A DNA stretch of 64,000 nt, from NCBI GenBank assembly GCA_951406725.2, contig OX597822.1:111972001-112036000 (forward strand). Reading direction: 5' to 3'. The stretch's first letter is position 1; the number at the start of each line of letters is the position of its first letter. Shown here piece after piece: positions 1 through 12,645 of the stretch. Made by a program: the position numbers and the translations under genes. Origin of the DNA: Octopus vulgaris (lineage: Eukaryota). Under the pieces are notes generated by a model. That model ran no database searches and was not told where the DNA came from. It was given only the letters and a program-made list of their open reading frames with translations.

Positions 1-877
1 GTGCTCCAGCATGGCCGCAGTCAAATGACTGTAACAAGTAAAAGAAATAAAAGAAAAGAAAAAAATATATATATACATACACACACCATGGGAAACAGAC
101 ATTAAACGATGATGATGATGTGTGTGTATGTTATTGTCCCCTTTCCTTGACAACACATCACTATCAAAGCAGTATCCTTTGTTAGGAATATTACATGAAA
201 ATATGTTTGATAATGAGGAAAACATCAACTCATTTGGAAACGGGTAATGACTGGTGACAAGAAGGGTATATGGTATTAGAAACATTTGCCTCAACAAATT
301 ATGCCCTACCCACACAGGTCGACAGATGGATAGCTTACTCTTAGTTTCACTGAAAAGGTTTAACAATAACAAAACATGTCAGTTACTTTAGCAGTTTGCT
401 TTCAAGACAACATCAATTCCTATCTGTATTTATTTAAATTTTCCAAACATTTCAGTTTGCAGAGTTACCTCCCTTGAGGTTTTAGACTGCTTTTTTTAAA
501 TACCCGACAGTTCTGTTCATTAATTCATCATTTAATGTCCACTTTCCATGCTGACATGAGTTAGACGGTTTGATCGGGGATGGCTTATAAACACCTTCCA
601 CGCTGCAATTGTATTCATTTCAAATTTTGGCAACAGGCCAGCAATTTTGGGGGAGAGCATAAGTTGATTACATCGACCCCAGTGCTCAATCTAGTACTTA
701 CTTTATCAACCTTGAAAGGATGAAAGGCAAAAACATTACTGGCAGAATCTGAACTCAGAACATAAACATGGATGAAACTCCACAAAGCATTTCGCTCCTG
801 GGGGCACTAACGATTCTGCCAGCTTGCTGCAATTTTGTTTCAGAATATTAAATATAGTTAATAAAAGGTAACTGTAC

Positions 878-966
878 CTGGGCCAAATACTGCAGCACAC
901 CCAGAGTCCATCAGCTCTTTATAATCCTGTGGTGGAATCACACCTCCAACAACAACAATTATATCT
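878..966 (-). CDS. MMUT: Methylmalonyl-CoA mutase exon (last one inside the window; terminal exon lies left of position 1)
   Basis: cag|[31 protein letters not shown]|gt; matches the mutase C-terminal GGVIPPQDY motif; phase 2 in, phase 1 out. Confidence 0.93.
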
Positions 967-1162
967 CTGACAATAAAGAAGTGTATAAAATCGATTGATT
1001 GTTGACAAACATAAACAGATATTTCACACCTTGTAATAACAACACAAATTAATTTTAAGGAACCATATAAACATATCTAAATAAAGCAAATATCTACAAA
1101 CAATTCTTAATGAGAAAAACTCAAAAATTAGAGAATGAAAATAAAATTTAAAAGATGTTTAC

Positions 1163-1548
1163 AGTGGCTGTGTGTTAAGTAGCTTGCTTACCAACCACAT
1201 GGTTCCGGGTTCAGTCCCACTGCGTGGCACCTTGGGCAAGTGTCTTCTACTATAGCCCCGGGCCGACCAAAGCCTTGTGAGTGGATTTGGTAGATGGAAA
1301 CTGAAAGAAGCCCGTCGTATATATGTATATATATATATGCGTGTGTGTGTGTTTGTGTGTCTGTGTTTGTCCCCCTAGCATTGCTTGACAACTGATGCTG
1401 GTGTGTTTATGTCCCCGTTACCTAGCAGTTCGGCAAAAGAGACCAATAGAATAAGTACTGGGCTTACAAAAGAATAAGTCCCGGGGTCGAGTTGCTCGAT
1501 TAAAGGCGGTGCTCCAGCATGGCCGCAGTCAAATGACTGAAACAAGTT
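1163..1548 (+). mobile_element. tRNA-derived SINE family B (copies at 1-50, 7718-7917(-), 10780-10930(-), 36690-36800, 40359-40749, 48243-48590)
   Basis: tggctgtgtgg A-box and ggttcagtccc B-box head, internal (TA)/(TG) microsatellite, conserved 3' end ...gactgaaacaagtaaaaga. Confidence 0.85.
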
Positions 1549-2309
1549 AAAAAAAAAAAAAAAAGAAGAGTATTTCTACTTCATTTTGCCGAATGAGATT
1601 TTTACTGTATGTACTTTAAAGCGTTTGTTATTTACAATAAATTTTGTAGGAAGTGATTTATATATATAAGATTCTTTGACTCTCTCTCTCTCTCTCTCTC
1701 TGTAACCAAATAATTTATAATAAAGAAAATGTTTATTTGAAAAATACATGAAGGAGAACAAATGGTGTAAAATTCAAGAAGTAAATCTGGGAGCAAAGAA
1801 AAGAGAGAGAGAGAGAAAGTGGGAGACAGTAAAAGTGTAAGAGAGAGCAGGAAAGTGAGAATGGTTAAGTGCCAGGGTATACTTGCAAGGAACAGGGATC
1901 AAAGCACAGATGGGATATGTAGAGTAAAGAAGAGAGAGGGATACATGGTGGCAATTGCCAGGGTAAGCTTTCAAGGTATGGAAGTCAGAATATATGTGGC
2001 CAGGTATTGCCAAGAAGGTATGAGTAGGGAGTGGGGATTGCAATGACTGATAAGAACCTGGGTATAGAAGGGGTGGAGAAAGCAGTGATTCAGTGAGCAG
2101 GGCAGTGAGGGTAGGGAAGGGGAGTAGGAGATAATCCCAGTGTATGAAGAGGAAATGTGAGGAAGAGAGAAAATACAGTTTAGATGAGATGAGATGTAGT
2201 TTGGCTTCTTGGGGTAGGGGTGTGTGAAAATTTTGTTACGTGTGGGTGGGATGCAATGCTTCTTTCTAGCACTCAGTTTCGCCGATGTGGGCAGGTTCTC
2301 TATAGAACC

Positions 2310-3445
2310 TCATAATGCAAGAAATCTTGGTCCATTGTCATTTCCTCTGTGAGCCCTAACATCCTGAGATCAGTCCTCACCACTTCATCCCATGTCTTCC
2401 TGGGGCTCCCTCTTCCACAGGTATCATCCACTTTCAGTGACCAGTACTTCTTTATTCAGCTGTCTTCATTCATACACATCATATGTCCAAACCAATTTTA
2501 GTCTCATCTCCTGCATTTAATTCTTCTTGTGCCCAATGTATTCTCTCAACAGTTACATTTTGTTGTTCATGCACTCTGATGTTGCACATCCTGCACAACA
2601 TACTACCTTCGTTCCTCTCTAGTCTACACATCCTCTGCATTCAGAGCCCATGCTTCACTACCATGGAGTATAGTCATTCATACACAAGCAACATATAGTC
2701 TACCTTTCACTTTGTTGCCAACAGAGGTAGTAGTTCTTTGAATTTCCTCTATCCTATTCTTGTTCTTGTGACGACACTTTCAGAGCGTCCACCACCATTA
2801 CTAATTTGGTCACCTAAGTAGCATAAACCATGTACTTAATCAAGAGAGACTCCTGGACATTTCAGAGAATCTAAGTCCTGCATGCTCTTAGTACTTATTG
2901 TTCCTGCACATCTGCCACACACAAAGGCAGCCTCATCTGTTAATCTACCTGTGATTCCATTGCACCTCTTGTGTGTCCGTAACTTACACTCAGTGCAGAA
3001 AATGGAATTACTTCCCACTCCTTTCCTACAAACTGAGCAGGGCCATTTATCCGATGGAAAGCGAGTCTTATCGGCTTTCTTGCCGACAACAACTTTGGTG
3101 TTGCTAGGTTAACTTTAAGGCCCTTTGATTCCAGGTTTTGCTTCCATACCTAGAATTTTTTCTCCAATTCTGCTTCAGGTTATCAGCCAATAGCAGTTCT
3201 CATGGGCATCCAGTTTTGAATTCCGCTGTTATGGCCTGGAGGACTATGATAAAAAAGAGTGAACTAAGAGCCTGGTGAACCCCTACTAGTACGCTGAATT
3301 CATCCCTGTATTTATGGCCAACTCTCATCTTACTGACAGCATCACTGGACATGGCTTGTACTGCTCTAACAAACGACTCCTCTACTCCTCAGTTCCTCAG
3401 AGACCACCAGGTAACAGAGAGGGGGAACTATGTCGAAAGCTATGT
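2310..3445 (-). mobile_element. Decayed RTE LINE fragment (same family as 45020-46795; further pieces at about 10405-10580 and 33630-34310)
   Basis: VGSNSIFCTECKLRTHKRC..GRL..FVCGRC homologous to 45700-45830. Confidence 0.8.
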
Positions 3446-3550
3446 GATACAGAAATATACTATGTCATAGAGTAGTTCTCTATGGTATATTCTTCTAAAA
3501 AAACAGCAATACACTGTGTAGCGTGTTACATTAAATGTGTTAATACTTAC

Positions 3551-3678
3551 GATCTTTGTAAATTTTTCAGTTCTTGAATGAGTTGTGGGACCAAGGTTTT
3601 GTGACCAGCTGCAAGGGAACTAACTCCAACTATATGCACGTCAGCATCAATAGCTTGCTGGGCAGCTTCTCTCGGTGT
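3551..3678 (-). CDS. MMUT: MMUT exon (B12-binding domain)
   Basis: cag|[42 protein letters not shown]-tc|gtaag. Confidence 0.95.
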
Positions 3679-3803
3679 CTGTTGAAAGAGAACAAAAGAC
3701 AATGAAGACATAATGACCGACTATACAGTATCTTTGGTCATCTAAAGCCAGGGATAAGGTATTGCTATAACCAATTATTTATTTATTGGTTTCTTTCACT
3801 AAA

Positions 3804-4207
3804 TCCTTATATATAAAAGAGAAGTTGTGTGAGTGTCTGTCTCCTACGATTTAGATTACTAACTACTCCCACATTTTGCGGTGCAGTTTAACCAAAACCG
3901 GGTATCTTATAGTCGTGATTCATATCGAGCCCTTCTGGGTATTAGCGCGAGTCTACGATGAATCTACGATTTTAAAAAAAATTTACCATCATTTTTTTCC
4001 ATTTTAATGCATTTTTTTCGCTATTATATAAGAGAAGTAACTCTCTAAAAATGTCTACGATAAGTCAACGATTTTTTTTAAAATTTACCATAATTTTTTT
4101 TCCATTTTTAATGCATTTTTTTGCTATTTTTTTTGCTATAACTCTCTAAAAATGCTTATATAGTTATTTCCCTTACAAACCCGAGCAACGCCAGGCGATA
4201 CTGCTAG
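3804..4207 (+). mobile_element. Non-autonomous Helitron
   Basis: 5' TC, 3' CTAG, inserted between A and T, no TSD, subterminal hairpin cccgagcaacgcc(g/a)gg. Confidence 0.85.
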
Positions 4208-4532
4208 TAGTGAATAAATCTTGAGACAGCTAATTTACTGTAACACAGGTTTAGTAATATAACGTTAACTATTTTTAACAGGTGACTACATAGAAGCATT
4301 AACTCTGGGCAACGCATCAGTAAGAATTAAAATTCTGAAAATTATTTACTTTCAATTATAATATAACAATTATATATAATGGATCTCTTTAATCTCTTTA
4401 ACTAGTTTCAGCTCAAAAGTTGCGGTCATGCTGGAGTACCATAAAGATAGCACCGTCTTTATAAAGTGTGTAACAACGGAGAATTAGGTAAGCCATTAGA
4501 ACAAGCCAGACGTACAGAACACACATATATAT

Positions 4533-4574
<42 letters not shown>

Positions 4575-4805
4575 TGGCAGCAACCTGACAGAAACGTTAG
4601 CACGCCAGGTGAAATGCTTAGCGGTATTTCGTCTGTCGTTACATTCTGAGTTCAAATTCTGCCGAGGTCAACTTTGCCTTTCATCCTTTCGGGGTCGATA
4701 AATAAAGTACTAGTTTCGCACTGGGGTCAATGTAATCAACTTAATCCGTTTGTCTGTCCTTGTTTGTCCCCTATATGTTTAACCCCTTGTGGGTAGTAAA
4801 GAAAT

Positions 4806-6157
4806 CCATCCGAGCTGAGCTGGGGGGTTGATCCAAAGGAGAACTGCGGTCCATAGACAGCTTTCAGCGCCTCGTAGAATTTCTTGGTGTCGTGTTTGTC
4901 TGCGTATCCCTGAATCTCATCCGCCTTGGCGCTTAACCATGCGTCTTGCATGAGGCGGAGTTTAGCCTGGACTGTGCTGCGAATGTTGTTGAAAGCAGCC
5001 TTCTTTACCGTGCAGGTGGTGTCATTTTGGTGAGCCCGCAGCAGATGGCATTTCTCTTCCAGGAGCTTTTGGATTTCCTGGTCGTTTTCGTCGAACCAGT
5101 CCTGGTGGTTCCTCGTAACTTGGCCTAGAGTTTCAAGGGCGATGGAATGAACTGTGTCCCTGAATGATTCCTTAATGCAATCGATGAGCAGGAGATGCAG
5201 CTCGAGATGGACAGGTTCTCATCAGCCTGTGACAACTTCGGTCTCACCATCAGTGCCAAGAAAACCGAAGTGATGTTTCAGCCAGCCCCCGGCAAACAAT
5301 ACCATGAGCCTCAGATAAAGGTGAACGGACGGATCCTACGAGCGGTGGAAAACTTCACCTACCTGGGCAGCACTCTCTCCTGCAATGCCAACATAGATGC
5401 TGAAACCATCAACAGAATCTCCAAGGCAAGCAGTGCGTTTGGGAGACTGCGAAAGAAAGTCTGGGAGCGGAGAGGAATCAGCCTCAACACCAAGCTGAAA
5501 GTCTACCGGGCAGTCGTGCTTACCACCCTACTATATGGCTGCGAGACGTGGACTGCTTACCGAAGGCACGAGCGCCAGATAAACCACTTCCACCTCAGGT
5601 GTCTTCGGAACCTCCTTCATATCCGCTGGCAGGACAAAGTCCCAGACACGGAAGTTCTGAAGCAGGCAGATCTCCCTAGCACCATCACAATCATGCGCAA
5701 GGCCCAGCTGAGATGGGCGGGCCACGTCTCCCGCATGTCCGACACTCGCATCCCAAAACAGCTCTTCTACGGTGAACTCAGCCAGGGCAAACGCAAAGTC
5801 GGAGGGCAGAAGAAGCGCTTCAAGGACAGTCTCAAGGTCTCTCTCAAAGACTTCTCCATCAGCACAGAGACCTGGGAGACACTTGCTGCTGACCGCTCAT
5901 CCTGGCGCAGCGCAATCACCACAGGAGCAGGGACAGCCGAGGAGGGACGGATTCGGTCAGCAGAGCAGAAACGCCAGATGCGGAAAGCCAGAGCCGCCTG
6001 CACCAGTAGCACGGCCCCTAGCCACTTCTGCCCCACCTGTGGGAGGGGCTTCCTTGCCCGGATTGGCCTCACCAGCCACCTCCGGTCTCATAGCGGCAGT
6101 TCCACCAGATGATGTCAGTGGTCATCTTCGAACCCGAAGGACGAACATTATTATTAT
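4806..6157 (+). mobile_element. RTE (BovB-like) LINE insertion, 5'-truncated with 5' inversion
   Basis: 5170-6157 sense: open 305-aa RT C-terminus ending in a CxxC..H..H finger, then an (ATT)n tail; 4806-5171 antisense: RNHQDWFDENDQEI...KFYEALKAVYGP; 12-bp TSD tagtaaagaaat at 4794-4805 and 6158-6169. Confidence 0.9.
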
Positions 6158-6167
6158 TAGTAAAGAA

Positions 6168-6212
<45 letters not shown>

Positions 6213-6297
6213 AGCGTCCAATAACACTATACTTGTTCCACGTCCTCGTGTTGTTTTCTCTTTGTGTTTTCATGTTTGGATTAACTTTATATATATA

Positions 6298-6694
6298 CTA
6301 GCAGTATCGCCCGGCGTTGCTCAGGTTTGTAAGGGAAATAAGTATATAAGCATTTTTAGAGAGTTATAGCCAAAAAATAGCAAAAAAATGCATTAAAAAT
6401 GGAAAAAAATTATGGTAAATTTTTTTTTAAATCGTTGACTCATCGTAGACATTTTTAGAGAGTTACTTCCCTTATATAATAGCGAAAAAATGCATTAAAA
6501 TGGAAAAAAATGATGGTAAATTTTTTTTTAAATCGTAGACTCATCGTAGACGCACGCTAATACCCAGAAGGGCTCGATATGAATCACGACTATAAGATAC
6601 CCGGTTTTGGTTAAACTGCACCGCAAAATGTGGGAGTAGTTAGGAATCTAGATCGTAGGAGACAGACACACAACTTGACTTTTATCTATAAAGA
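6298..6694 (-). mobile_element. Non-autonomous Helitron
   Basis: Same termini and hairpin. Confidence 0.85.
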
Positions 6695-6842
6695 TATGAT
6701 GTATGTTTATAACTAGGACACATAGGTAAGAAGACAATAATTCTGACCCTATAAAGGAGTGGGGGATTAGGTAGGTGTTAAGAGCAAGCCAGATTGATAG
6801 AACAAAAAGAAATAAAAATCAGAAAGAATTCAAGATACATAC

Positions 6843-6983
6843 AGCAAAGAGAGGTCCGACATCAACATCAAAGCCCAAATCGGCCAAACCTGTGGCAATA
6901 ACTTTAGCTCCCCTGTCATGACCATCCTGTCCAACTTTAGCCACAAGAATTCTGGGACGACGACCTTCTTTGTCCTCATATTC
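6843..6983 (-). CDS. MMUT: MMUT exon containing the DxHxxG cobalamin-ligand motif
   Basis: aag|[47 protein letters not shown]|gtatg. Confidence 0.95.
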
Positions 6984-8300
6984 CTTTCAAATAGGAAGAA
7001 ATGGTGAAAAAAAGAGAAAAACTGTTAGTTTTAACTTGTAAATTTCATGTCCAGAAAAAGATTGTTTTCAAGGTTGAACGAGGAATGCAATCTACTGGCG
7101 CAGCCTTGGCTTGCCAGGATCTTATTTATTATGTTTGTTCCAAAGGTAAAAGCTCAACCCATGCCAGCATGGAAGATGGACATTAAATGATGATGATGAT
7201 GATGGTGATGATGGCAAAATAAGAAACTAAGTTTAGTTCTTCATTCAAGTAATGTGACACTTTCTTAATGATTAATGACTTGTTCATTCAAGTTATTCAT
7301 TATTCATATCCTCGGTTTAAAAAAAAAAAAAAAAAAAAAAAATGGCACGTAAAAAACACCATCTGTCCGTGGCCGTTTGCCAGCCCTGTCTGGCACCTGT
7401 GCGGGTGGCACGTAAAAAGCACCCACTACACTCATGGAGTGGTTGGCGTTAGGAAGGGCATCCAGCCATAGAAACACTGCCAGATCAGACTGGGCCTGGT
7501 GCAGCCTTCTGGTTTCCCAGACCCCAGTTGAACCGTCCAACCCATGCTAGCATGGTAAGTGGACGCTAAACGATGATGATGATGAGTTATGTAAAATCTG
7601 GATAGCAAAAAGAAAACTGTTTTAACATTTTAAATTAGTGATTTCTTGTAGCTTCTTACATTAAATATGTATAAATAAATAAAATTACAGAGTAGCTAAT
7701 TAGCGATATTTTTCTCTCTTTTACTCTTTTACTTGTTTCAGTCATTTGACTGCGGCCATGCTGGAGCACCGCCTTTAATCGAGCAACTCGACACCGGGAG
7801 TTATTCTTTTGTAAGCCCAGTACTTATTCTATCGGTCTCTTTTGCCGAAACGCTAAGTAACGGGGACATAAACACACCAGCATCGGTTGTCAAGCAATGC
7901 TAGGGGGACAAACACATGTTCGAAACTAGATAAAACATATCCAACCATTCTCAAAAATAGTGACAGGCATAATGTTATCTGTTTCTCAAGTTGACTCAGC
8001 TTCACAACATTACTGCTGTTTGTTCTCTCAGCTTCCAGGGAAACAAAACAAAGGTAGCTGCAATAGAATTTAATTCAGTAACAAGGGGGTGAAAATTTGA
8101 ATGCCATAAAGTATTATTTATCCATACCCTCTACAAACTCAGACATTCTGCACTCCTTTAAAACTATCAGGAAAATAACAGACTACAAGTGAGATGATAA
8201 AGTGCCCAGCTTTGATGACATCAGTGAATGGATGCAGAAAAGACAGCTATTTGGGTACAAAGGATACAAACTGAATAAAAAATATTCTGACAATGGAAAT

Positions 8301-8702
8301 TCATCATCATCGTTTAACGTCCGCTTTCCATGCTAGCATGGGTTGGACGATTTTGACTGAGGGTTTGTGAACCAGATGGCAGAGTTTCTACAGCTGGATG
8401 CCCTTCCTAACGCCAACCACTCAGAGAGTGTAGTGGGTGCTTTTATGTGCCACCAGCACGGGGGCCAGTCAGGTGGTACTGGCAACAACCTCGCTTGAAT
8501 CCTTTTACACATGCCACTGGCAGAGGTGCCTGTAAGGTGACACTGGTAACGATCACGCTCGAATGGTGCCCTTTTACGTGCCACTGGCACGGAAGCAAGA
8601 TGGCTGCTCTGGCAACGATCACACTCGGATGGTGCTCTTGGCACCCTACTAGCACGGGTACAAGTGCCAGTAAGGCGACGCTGGTAAAGACCACGCTCAA
8701 AT
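8301..8702 (-). mobile_element. Family A copy (others at about 7343-7585, 11526-11972, 16031-16178, 16607-16790, 20717-20911, 23477-23781, 28682-28925, 38145-38284, 39680-39797, 51306-51395, 59600-59840)
   Basis: Shared core of about 190 bp with (GAT)n tail and variable 5' truncation. Confidence 0.85.
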
Positions 8703-9542
8703 GTAAAAAAAGGAAAACTATGAAAACAAGGGAAGAAATAGTAGAGTTAGATTTTGAGCCTTTTTAATAATGAGGTAACAACAGGATTGAGAGAAGGATG
8801 CCATACTGCAGGTTAATCCATCAACACCAAGGTAGAAAGTTGATGGTAAAATTAGATTAAAATCTGTGTCTACCATTTTCAATGAAGAGTCACTGTCACC
8901 ATTTCCCATCCATTTCTCTATGTTGTCTTGGATTGGTAGTTCTTTTCTAACACAGTCTCTGGCCATTGTTGAGGTCCATTGTAATCTCTTTCATCTCAAG
9001 TCCAGTATTCTGAGAACATCAGCCTTCACCATTCCTTCCCAGATCTTCCTACAAACCCTTCCACATGGATCCTTTGCTGTCTCTCTGCCCATCTATCATA
9101 CTTCATATACATCACCTGTCCACACCACCTCAGCCTCGTCCTCTGCAAACCACAGCAAATTTCTCAGATGCCCATTTGTTTTACCTCAGCTCATCTGTGC
9201 TCTGTTTGTCCATGCATACTAACTTTCTATCTTGGTATTGTCTGGATAAGCCTGCAGAATGGCATCCTACCTATTTCTTTACTACCCACAAGAGGCTAAA
9301 CACAGAGGAGACAAACAAGGACAGACAAACGGATTAAGTCGATTATATCGACCCCCAGTGCGTAACTGGTACTTGATTTATCGACTCCGAAAGGATGAAA
9401 GGCAAAGTCGACCTTGGCAGAATTTGAACTCAGAAGGTAACGGCAGACGAAATACGGCTACGCATTTCGCCTGGCGTGCTAACGTTTCTGCCAACTCGCC
9501 ACCTTACTACCACTTCTCTCAATCCTCTTGTTACCTCCTTAA

Positions 9543-9762
9543 CCCTTTCGTTACTGCATTTATTTTAAGATGCTTTTTGTTTCTTTCAATTACTTTAAAT
9601 ATAACAAAGAATTCAGTAAAATAACTTAGTTATCATTCAGCTAGTGTTAGGAACATAAACTGTGACTAAGGTTTGGTGGAAGATTTTAATTCAAAACTTA
9701 TGAAAACAAGACTTTTGTACTCAGAGCTAGAACCGGTTTCAGCCAGGTTGGTAACGAAAGGG
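9543..9762. mobile_element. piggyBac-like MITE (copies at 14939-15040 partial, 34450-34670, 38382-38601, 39290-39510; related element 60435-60655)
   Basis: TTAA TSD, TIR ccctttcgttac / gtaacgaaaggg, about 220 bp. Confidence 0.88.
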
Positions 9763-9968
9763 TTAAAGAGGCTCAAAATCCTGTTATCTAACTCTACCAT
9801 TTCTTCCTTTGCTTTCTTAGTTTTCCTTTTTACAAATAATTTCCATTGCCAGAACATAGTAACATTACAGACCCAGTGGATAATGCTTGCATAATTCCAT
9901 TCCAGCCTACACACACATCCTCTACATTCAATACTCATGTCTTCATACACAGACACCACAACAATGCC

Positions 9969-10399
9969 TGTAACAGGATGAGAGATTCCTGCACTGGATG
10001 GGTGCTGCTCGCATCATTTACATTAAATATTAATTGAAGAAAGAGTCAAGACTTCCGATTAACTTCAACAGTATAAATATTTATTCTTTGATTCGCAATA
10101 TAAACAGTTCCTTCCCCTGGGCGAATCGGCAACCCAGGAGCTTATCGGCAGTAGTCAAGTGGAGTGAGGCAATCATGCCTGGTCAAGCATAGCGGGGATG
10201 CAACACGAGGTAGCAGCTCAAGAGAGCTGCTGCAGACACATCTATGTCATTCAGCTGCCAGCGTCCAAGAGTGAGATACAAGAGAATTTCGCTGCTGCTA
10301 GTTTTCTGCGCATGCGTATGAGGGAACTTCTGCCAGGCCTTCCGGAAGATTCCAACCCTGCGCATGCATACTGGAGATTTCCAAGATGGCATCACTACA
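9969..10399 (-). mobile_element. Solo LTR related to 37081-37547
   Basis: Same termini in reverse and a homologous first 110 bp or so; flanks tgcc / tacc. Confidence 0.68.
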
Positions 10400-10968
10400 T
10401 ACCCATCATGCCCAACCCTCATATAATGTGTTCTTCATTTGGACAGATGAATGCTTTGCAACCAGAAGTAGTAATATTTCTCTAAACTTTTTCCGTGCCA
10501 TCTTTACTCCGGCTACTATATTACAAAACCCTCTTCCAATACTGATGAGGTTACCTAGGTAACAAAAACTGTTATCAACTTTTAGTAAATATTCCAAGTA
10601 GTTGAAATAGTTCATAACATAAATGTAATATAAAACTGCCTCTGGGGAATGAAACAGAATTTTAAAATTTTAGACATAACAATAAATTTCTGTTGTGATA
10701 TGTTTACAGCTAAATAGATTCTGTGACTTAGATTTCCCTCTCTCTCTTTCGGAGAGGCACAAGCACCTACACGCACATATACACACACGGCAGTAACTTC
10801 CGCCTGCCAAATTCAATCACAAAGCTTCGGTCGGCTCGGGGCTATAGCAGAAGATACCTACCCAAAGTGCCACGCAGTGGGACTGAACCCGAAACCATGT
10901 AGCTAAGAAGCAAGCTCCCTAACCACACAGCCCTAAAAACATTTAAATAGAAAATTGTTTTAACTTAC

Positions 10969-11070
10969 ATTAACTCTGCTTATCACATTATTGATCTCAT
11001 CCGTGTCTCTATATTCTGTCTTGTAAGCACCACTGACCAATCGATCAGAGGCAATATGGCGGCCAAATAC
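10969..11070 (-). CDS. MMUT: MMUT exon
   Basis: tag|VFGRHIASDRLVSGAYKTEYRDTDEINNVISRVN|gtaag. Confidence 0.92.
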
Positions 11071-12161
11071 CTATCAGCAAAAGAGGAAGAACAGAATAAC
11101 TTACAAATATCAGAGAAATATTTTGACAAAGAAACAAATCTCTTTAGAATGAAAATAGATTTTAACATCTGCACAGGCATGGCAAGATAGTTAAGAAGTT
11201 TGCTTTTCAGTTCAATACCAGTTCTTAGTACCTTGGATAAACATCCACTTTTTTGTCGAGGCAAATTTTCTATGGCAGGATGTCCTTCCTCTCATGAACG
11301 TTCACCTAATTACTGTGTCAATCTATCTCAGAAACATATTTGCACGTTATATGTATTACACAATATTTGTAGGTTAGAAATATAAGACAATATTTGTAAG
11401 TGGTATGTATAAAACAATAGCTGTAGCCCGTATATATTTGTTGGTTATATATATATTAAGACAACATATACAGGTGATATGTATTAGGCAAGAATAGGGG
11501 AGACAAACAGAGAAAGGACACATCTTCATCATCATCATCATTGTTTAATGTCCGCTTTCCATGCTAGCATGGGTTGGACGAATGACTGAGGGCTGGTGAA
11601 CCAGATGTCTGCACCAGGCTCCAATCTTGATCTGGCAGAGTTTCCCTTCCTAACATCAACAACTCTGAGAGTGAACTGGGTGCTTTTTACGTGCCACCGG
11701 CACAAGGGCCACTCAGGCAGCACTGGCAACGGCCACACACGAGTCTTTTTACACATGCCACCAGCACAGGTGCCAGTAAGGCAACGCTGGTAACAATCAT
11801 GCTCGAATGGCGCCTTTTACATGTCACTGGCACGGAAGCCAGTTAGCCGCTCTGGCAACGATCACACTCGGATGGTGCTCTTAGCACCCTACTAGCACAG
11901 GGGTCAAATGCCAGTAAGGCAATGCTGGTAACAACCACGTACGAATGGTGCCTTTTACGTGCCACTGGCACAAGCTGACATATGCAATCCTGATTCCTCT
12001 GTCTCAGCACTAGGAATTGGAGAGATGAGATAAAGTAAAAGACATCTCATAAAGCCTCTTATTCAAAGATGAGCTTATCAAATTTCGCAGTAGCAGCAGA
12101 GAAGATTCCAGGAGTAGAATTCCTAGAAAGACAGAAACAACAATGTTAAATGTGAACTTAC

Positions 12162-12287
12162 TTCTTCCATGGCATCTGTTATTTCTCCAACAGTACAACG
12201 TGCACGAGCAGCATCAATAGAAAGTCCGAGTAAATTTCCGTCCCCAGACTCACAACATTTGGTGATGGCCTCGAGACACCTGTTAGC
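12162..12287 (-). CDS. MMUT: MMUT exon
   Basis: cag|[42 protein letters not shown]|gtaag. Confidence 0.94.
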
Positions 12288-12645
12288 CTGAAAGGGAGAT
12301 TTTCACATTCTATTATACTGAATTGGGAATATTTCTAGGAATAAAAAGACAACGTAGCAACATTATATCATTTATAATATTATTATTGTTATTATTTTTT
12401 CGTTTTTGGATTTGGTTTGCAAGATTCTTTATATGAGTTTGTGTGTTGAAGCATATTCTGTTGTGTCTGGGGAGAGTCATTTTCTTTTTGTCCCTTATAA
12501 TGTAACACACTAACCGGTAAAATTTCCCACGCAACAAAAATTTTAGGACAATAAAAATAAGAAAAAAAAGCGGAAATTTTACCGGTGAGTGGTGTTAAAT
12601 AATACGACACAAAAAGAAAATGACTCTCCCCAGACACAACAGAAT

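Noticed and set aside
380-430. Terminal MMUT exon after a cag acceptor near 424
   Set aside because: In the required phase it gives D-R-N-stop with no GTRIP-like sequence; the last exon must lie outside the window
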